Of a stretch of 13,643 nt of DNA, positions 8,550 to 13,643 are shown piece by piece. The DNA is from Octopus sinensis (Eukaryota), in the NCBI RefSeq assembly GCF_006345805.1, contig NW_021826099.1, forward strand, positions 1 through 13,643, given 5' to 3'. The position numbers and the translations under genes were made by a program. Numbering within the stretch: position 1 is the first letter of the stretch; each line of letters begins with the position of its first letter. Under the pieces are notes generated by a model. That model was not told the origin of the DNA. It made no database searches and saw only the letters and a program-made list of their open reading frames with translations.

Positions 8550-8689
8550 GAACATCAGAAGGAGTCTTGACACGGCTGACTTTCTGTCTCCACTTGAGCC
8601 AGCAGGTCTTGTCTGCAGGGACAGTAAGTGCCTTGACAGAATAATCCTCTTCTCATTCGAAGGAGGCAGATCTCTAGTCTGGGATGCAA
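8550..8689 (+). mobile_element. CRE-clade retrotransposon, proximal RLE segment, inverted relative to 8200-8549
   Basis: Plus strand NIRRSLDTADFLSPLEPAGLVCRDSKCLDRIILFSFEGGRSLVWDA matches the CRE pattern II.R.L..AG..S.LEP.GL.R.DGKRPDG.T..P...G.SLVWDAT. Catalytic RPD is degenerate (CLD). Confidence 0.8.
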
Positions 8690-8747
8690 AGCTAAAGTTA
8701 TGAAAGAATAACCTTCAAAGTAATTTGAAAGACATAGCTAATTATAT

Positions 8748-8828
8748 AGCATTTAAACGGACCATATCAGGTCCAAATATTCTATTTTGCTTCATGTTCA
8801 AACTGGCCAGAGTCAGCCTCTCACATGG
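8748..8828. mobile_element. MITE family P1, 5' fragment
   Basis: TAGCATTTAAACGGACCATATC...AAATATTCT...ATGTTCAAACTGGCCAGA...CCTCTCACA matches the first ~85 nt of 9383-9606 and 450-678. Confidence 0.7.
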
Positions 8829-9382
8829 ATCAAACTCCTCTACCACCAAAAACATTATTTACCATGTAAAATGTCAATTTTGTGACTTACTGTAAATAAG
8901 AAAAACCAGTCAGAAACTAGCTGACTGACTATTTTAAAGAGCATCATTCAGAGACATCTAGCTTAATAACACTGGATCACTTTAACTTGATAATTTTTCA
9001 TCCCTACTGGATCATCCCTACTTTCATTTACATTGTAACAATTCATGTTTTGTCTACAAAAAGCTCACCCAACTGGAATGAATAACTGCCTTATTTTCTT
9101 TTACAGACATTGCCTCCCCCTCACACTGTGCACTTCACAACCTTCTTTCCATATGCACACACTCACATATATGCATACACTACCTCTCTTCTGTTCTACA
9201 CACACACACACTATTGCCTCTTTCATACAACTATGTAGCAGAATGCACAGACATGTGTATTCACACATACTGCCCCACATACAAACATAAACCTCAAAAC
9301 ATCTTGTGTATTATCTCCCTTGACTGAAAAAAAAACATTTTGCTGGGAAACGCCTTACCATTCTACTTTCATCATCTGTTCT

Positions 9383-9606
9383 TTAATCCTATAGCATTTA
9401 AACTGGCCAAATCCAGCACAAAATATTCACCCCATTTTATGTTCAAACTAACCAGATCCAACCTCTTACACCTACCCTACAATGTCATCCTAAAAATAAG
9501 CAATCACATAACAGAAATTTCAAAGATATGAGACAATACACGAGTAATTAAAAACATGTGAATAAGTATTACATTTGACAGAGTAATCAAAATGCTAACG
9601 AGTTAA
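9383..9606. mobile_element. TTAA-ended piggyBac-type MITE, family P1, full-length copy
   Basis: TTAA-TCCTATAGCATTT ... AAATGCTAACGAG-TTAA: imperfect TIRs with a perfect TAGCATTT core and TTAA on both sides. Confidence 0.8.
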
Positions 9607-9803
9607 ACAATAAGCTAATGAGGGAGTGTCTCAGTGCTTAACTATTTTTTACCTATGACCCTTTGATTCCTCTTTTACTCATAGCCATTCAATGTTTAAG
9701 AAAACCCTATTAGGTTTTTAGAATTAAATATTATGAGGAATAGTACAAAAAACTTGTGAGAATATTTTGTGTATTGTAGAGGTATAACCAAATTATTGCA
9801 GAT

Positions 9804-10054
9804 GAGTCCCGTGCCAGTGGCACATAAAAAGCACCAACTGATCATAGTCGTTGCCAGCCTCCTCTGGCCCTTGTGCCATTGGCATGTAAAAAAGCACCCA
9901 CTACACTCTTGGAGTGGTTGGCATTAGGAAGGAATCCAGCTGTAGAAACACTGACAGATCAGACTGCAGCCTGGTGCAGCCTCCAGGCTTCCCAGACCCC
10001 AGTCAAACCAGCCAACCCATGTCAGCATGGAAAACGGACGTTAAACGATGATGA
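9804..10054 (+). mobile_element. SINE family C, 3' part
   Basis: Colinear with 5679-5914. Ends CATGGAAAACGGACGTTAAACGATGATGA. Confidence 0.85.
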
Positions 10055-10372
10055 GTTTTAACAACAAAATATAAATTATATATATATAGCAAAAATTTAG
10101 ATTCAGACGAATATGGTACTTAAGTTGGGGCACCAGAATTTAGTATGGTATTATCCGTACAATTTCAAAATAAGGTGATTAAAATCAAAATAAGCAACAA
10201 GGATAAAAGTTTGGTATATACTCAAAAGTATTCAAAAAAACCTTTTATCCTTTTGTTATAATATTCTTCTTAATAATCTTCTGAATAACCCTAAACTTTA
10301 ACTTTATACAATATGGCAATATTGTTTAAAATATTTAACTATAGTACTACATAAGACTTCCCGTTTTATTAT

Positions 10373-10764
10373 CAGGAGTGGCTGTGGGTAGTAGTCTGCT
10401 AACCAACCACATGGTTCCGGGTTCAGTCCCACTGCGTGGCATCTTGGGCAAGTGTCTTCTGCTATAGCCCCGGGCGACCAATGCCTGTGAGTGGATTTGG
10501 TAGACAGAAACTGAAAGAAACCTGTCGTATATATGTATGTATATGTATATATATGTGTGTGTATGTGTTTGTCCCCCTAGCATTGCTTGACACCGATGCT
10601 GCTGTGTTTACGTCCCCGTCACTTAGCGGTTCGGCAAAAGAGACTGATAGAATAAGTACTGGGCTTACAAAGAATAAGACCCGGGGTCGATTTGCTCGAC
10701 TAAAGGCGGTGCTCCAGCATGGCCGCAGTCAAATGACTGAAACAAGTAAAAGAGTAAAGAGAAT
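10373..10764 (+). mobile_element. tRNA-head SINE, family A, full-length
   Basis: Head CAGGAGTGGCTGTGG...GGTTCCGGGTTCAGTCCC, internal (TA/TG)n, tail AAGTAAAAGAGTAAAGAG. Colinear with 2242-2602. Confidence 0.9.
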
Positions 10765-11189
10765 AGTCTGAGGTGGCCGGGGGTGGGGGACCTTAATTGT
10801 CAGCTAACATCTTGATTTAAGTTTTCCTTTACCAAATCTCATGATATTGCTTCAAATATATCTTGATAGTTTTTTGTTTTTTTTATGACTATACCCACTA
10901 TGATTTCTGTCGACTCCCTCAGCCCTATTCCTAACAGACACTGCTCCTTGTTCTCTCAGGCCTTAGATATACAAAGATTTGATAAAACTAGTCTATAAAT
11001 TAAAACTGACCCCATAAAACAGTGACAAGCAAAATCTGTAACACGTCTTTCTTCCTGATACCTTAGTAGCTTCTAAGTGGAAGTGAAGGCAGTATGTTCT
11101 TTGTCTATCTCCTTAACTTCTTGGAGATTTTAGGTAAAATTACACTAATGTGTCCATCTAATTTTAATTTAATTAAATTCTATGTCTTT

Positions 11190-11277
11190 GTGCAGCTGAA
11201 GATTGCTCTGCATTTAAAATGATGTTATGATTGCATTGTTCAATTAAATGGAGTTGCTTGAAACGATCGTACTGCAT
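11190..11277 (+). ncRNA. Minimal type I hammerhead ribozyme motif (Penelope-like-element style), predicted cleavage after 11271
   Basis: Stem I GUGCAG (11190-11195)/CUGCAU (11272-11277); CUGAAGA 11196-11202; GAAA 11260-11263; stem III A-U, C-G with GAUC loop inside palindrome ACGATCGT; GUA triplet 11269-11271. Stem II is long and its basal pair is non-canonical. Confidence 0.75.
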
Positions 11278-11572
11278 TATCTCTGGACATCCTTGTTGCT
11301 TATTTTGAGATATATATATATAATGTGTAATAAAAAAAAAACAAAGCAAAAAGGCAGGATGGTCGCAAGAATGCCTTCGAACACAGAACTCCTTGATTTG
11401 AACTGACGCAAGACTAAAAGAAAAAAAAAACAAGACTAAAAAACAAAACAAAAAAAAAGGAGTTTCTACTTGATTGCTTAATTTGCTAGAAATAGCAGTC
11501 ATCAATCTTTCAAATCACCACCTATTGTCTTGGGAGTGAAAAGGAAACAATGGATAATTTAATATTCTAGAT

Positions 11573-11660
11573 CAGCGTTTCTCAACATTTCGTTTGTTCC
11601 ACTCCTCTTTAGTTTTCAGGAAAAAAAGATAAATAGATAAAAGCGCCCCCACCATGACAA
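11573..11660. mobile_element. Orphan end of a hAT (Charlie/Buster-type) element
   Basis: CAGCGTTTCTCAAC resembles Charlie-type TIRs and is preceded by TTCTAGAT (11565-11572), matching the NTCTAGAN target consensus. No partner TIR was found in the window, and the right boundary is arbitrary. Confidence 0.45.
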
Positions 11661-11665
11661 AAGAA

Positions 11666-11681
11666 TGTGTGTGTGTATGTA

Positions 11682-11731
<50 letters not shown>
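11666..11731. repeat. (TG)n/(TA)n microsatellite
   Basis: Short TG tract followed by a long, nearly pure TA tract. Confidence 0.95.
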
Positions 11732-11734
<3 letters not shown>

Positions 11735-11735
<1 letters not shown>

Positions 11736-11790
11736 ATCACTGTCATTTAATGTCCATGTTCCATACTGATATGGGTTGTAGTTTGATGAA
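11735..11790 (-). mobile_element. Degenerate SINE family C 3' tail
   Basis: ATCACTGTCATTTAATGTCCATGTTCCATACTGATATGGGTTG resembles ATCATCATTGTTTAACGTCCGCTTTCCATGCTAGCATGGGTTG of the array. Confidence 0.5.
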
Positions 11791-11987
11791 AACAGATGAA
11801 GGATGATGATGATGATTATGAGATAAATACACACACATATTATTAATATTTAGCAAAGGCAACAGAGTGACTCAAGGGCTGAAGTTTCATGCCTTAAAAT
11901 ATTTTATTTTGGTCAAATCAGTCTCTCGCCATTTTGAGTTTTGTCTGTGAGACCAAAGGGTTCTTCAGGAACTCTACTATGGTATCA

Positions 11988-12258
11988 AAAACCTTCCCTC
12001 GAAATTTCATTATTTGTTTCAAACACCGGCTTAATAATGGCAAAATTATTTCACTAAATTCTTTATTATTTTCAAAAGTAATTGCCACAAAAGCAGAGAA
12101 TTTCAAAACTATGGTAACGAAAAGGTTAAAGTGATCTAAGTTAAAAAACCTTCCATCAAAATTTCGTGTTAATCTATGTTCCAAATGCTCGCTCGATAAT
12201 AACAAAGTTATTTTACTAAATTCCTTATTTTCAAAATGAATTGACACCAAAAACTATG
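11988..12258. mobile_element. Two head-to-tail partial copies of MITE family P2
   Basis: 11988-12129 and 12130-12258 share AAAACCTTCC..AAATTTC...CTAAATTC...TTTTCAAAA...AAAACTATGG. The first ends GGTAACGAAAAGG-TTAA. Confidence 0.65.
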
Positions 12259-12390
12259 GAGGTAAAGTGGCTGAATTCCTTTTGAGTGTTGGGCCCAAGG
12301 AGGCAAGGTGGCCGAGTTCTTTTTAAGTGTTGGGCCCCGTTGGGGCAAAGTGGTTGAGTTACTTTCAAATGTTGGGCTCCACAGAGCTTT
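12258..12390. repeat. Diverged ~42-bp tandem repeat, 3 units
   Basis: Units at 12258, 12299 and 12342 share GG.GG.AA.GTGG..GA.TT..TTT.A.TGTTGGGC.C. Confidence 0.85.
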
Positions 12391-12391
12391 G

Positions 12392-13040
12392 GCAAGACCT
12401 TTGGCATTATGTCATGCTTGTGAAGAAGACCCATCAAGCTCCCAAAATTGGGAGCTAAACCCTACATGATCTTTCAAATATATATCACCGCATATTTTGT
12501 CTTCTCTCAACGGAATAGAGACTCTGCTCCTTTTGCCTCTCCCAGTAGCCCATCTTTTGCATCGAGTCAATTTTCTTTGTGTATTGGCACTAGATTGCTT
12601 TGAGTTCCACAGTTTTGTTTCACACATTCTGCAGACCATATTTGGGAGTAGTAGTCCAAGCAGCTGAGAACAAAAGTCCTCCATAGGAGTAGCAGGACCT
12701 CTCTTTTCCTGCTTCTTAATGTCCTCAGAATCCATCCAGCCACTTGCCTGCAAAGTGTTGCCATATTAGTAATATGTACATGCAATGTTGCATCATTGCT
12801 CATGTGAACCCCAAGGTCACACACCAACTCTGACTCTGGGATCGTACTATTTTCTGGACAATTGTTTTCCGATTTTTGCCTTGTGTTAGGCTGATAGTGG
12901 AGTGCCTGAAATTTTATAGCATTGAACTGCATACTATTTTTGTTAGCCCATTTGTATATGTCATTGAGGTCTTTCTGCAGTTTTACGATGTCCACTGCAA
13001 TATTTTTGAGTCATCAGCATTACTGGTCAGATAGGCTGAC
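12392..13040 (-). mobile_element. CR1-group LINE ORF2 fragment (RT catalytic region to C-terminus), dead copy
   Basis: LTSNADDSKILQ (~12996-13031, YADD-like with Y>N), then after a short deletion/frameshift DIVKLQKDLNDIYKWANKNSMQFNAIKFQAL...DLGVHMS...GWILRT...LDYYSQIWS, then frameshifted ELKAI*CQYTKKI...YWER...LYSVERR...YAVIYI*KI..GLAPNFG. The upper boundary is uncertain (12990-13060). Confidence 0.85.
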
Positions 13041-13299
13041 TCTCTCGTCACTGACATGTGACAAAAGGGAATCTATCTTTCTGCCCATTTCCTTCCTAAA
13101 GACAAGACGTGCCTATACCTGTCTCCTCTCATAGCTCATCCTCCTCGCGTTCATAATAATTTTTCTATCATCTTGGCCCAACAGCCCTTACCATTTGTCT
13201 TGTTCTCACTGTCCTGTTCTTGTTACCACTTTCACCCTACGCAAAAAACCCTAAATTTTATTTTTTATTAGCTCTGCGGGAAGGACTGTTTAAATGAAG

Positions 13300-13490
13300 T
13301 CGCGTATTGTCCTTACCTTCGAAACACAGAGTACATGAAACAGGGACAACTGATGAAGGGAAATGTTCTTTATGTTGCATGTCTCATTTCTCTCTTTTTT
13401 TCATTGTTCGAAAAATGTTTGTTTCTGTGTTTTTGTTTTTATGTTTTCGTTTCTCATTGTGTTCAACGCTTTTTTGATGTCCTTTACCCA
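13300..13490 (+). other. Hammerhead-like core (CUGAUGA 13350-13356, GAAA 13410-13413) in a repeat abutting a (TA)n tract, probably decayed
   Basis: Stems I and II can be drawn in register with the core motifs, but the cleavage triplet/stem III is imperfect (see findings). Confidence 0.4.
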
Positions 13491-13643
13491 TATATACATG
13501 TATATATATACATACACACATATATACATACATACACACATATATATATACATACATACACACATATATAATACATACCATATATATATATATATACATA
13601 CACACATATATATATATATATACATACACACATATATATATAT
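13490..13643. repeat. Compound (TA)/(CA)/(TACA) microsatellite running off the window
   Basis: Direct sequence. Confidence 0.95.

Noticed and set aside
8545-8551. CUGAAGA as a hammerhead core; likewise minus-strand CUGANGA at ~11962, ~12722 and ~13012
   Set aside because: No GAAA, stem I or cleavage triplet in register. The 13012 hit is better explained as the ADD codons of the CR1 RT motif.
10199-10252. 11-bp perfect inverted repeat (AAGGATAAAAG/CTTTTATCCTT) as a pre-miRNA
   Set aside because: The upper stem is bulged and AU-rich, it lies in a probable repeat, and there is no read evidence. It is kept only as part of the 10.2-kb relic.
11173-11505. 110-aa minus-strand ORF
   Set aside because: Built from poly-T tracts and the antisense of the hammerhead element, with no recognisable domain.
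13335-13631. ORFs 13335-13571, 13384-13629 and 13401-13631
   Set aside because: Low-complexity translations of T-rich repeat and TA/CA microsatellite.

Overview
AT-rich, repeat-saturated eukaryotic non-coding DNA with no supportable host gene. The SINE, MITE and LINE types look like octopod cephalopod repeats (taxon inferred from recalled repeat families, no search run). Contents: several tRNA-head or (TGA)n-tail SINE families; two TTAA-ended piggyBac-type MITE families; a ~510-bp non-autonomous Helitron whose ends are confirmed by the MITE it interrupts; dead RTE-, CR1- and CRE-clade LINE fragments; a hAT-type end; and microsatellites. Four observations stand out. (1) A near-complete minimal type I hammerhead ribozyme at 11190-11277 (+) has a palindromic stem III and an unusually long stem II. 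It belongs to an apparent set of (TA)n-anchored, hammerhead-like elements; other members are a relic near 10210-10290 (-) sharing an exact 20-nt motif, and a second core at 13300-13428 that can also be drawn in a non-canonical crossed topology. (2) A 4-unit SINE-tail/foreign-linker concatemer at 6277-6897 is enclosed by one target-site duplication. (3) A CRE-clade endonuclease region is split into opposite strands with twin-priming geometry. (4) The Helitron-in-MITE nesting. All structures were drawn by eye; no folding or database search was run.
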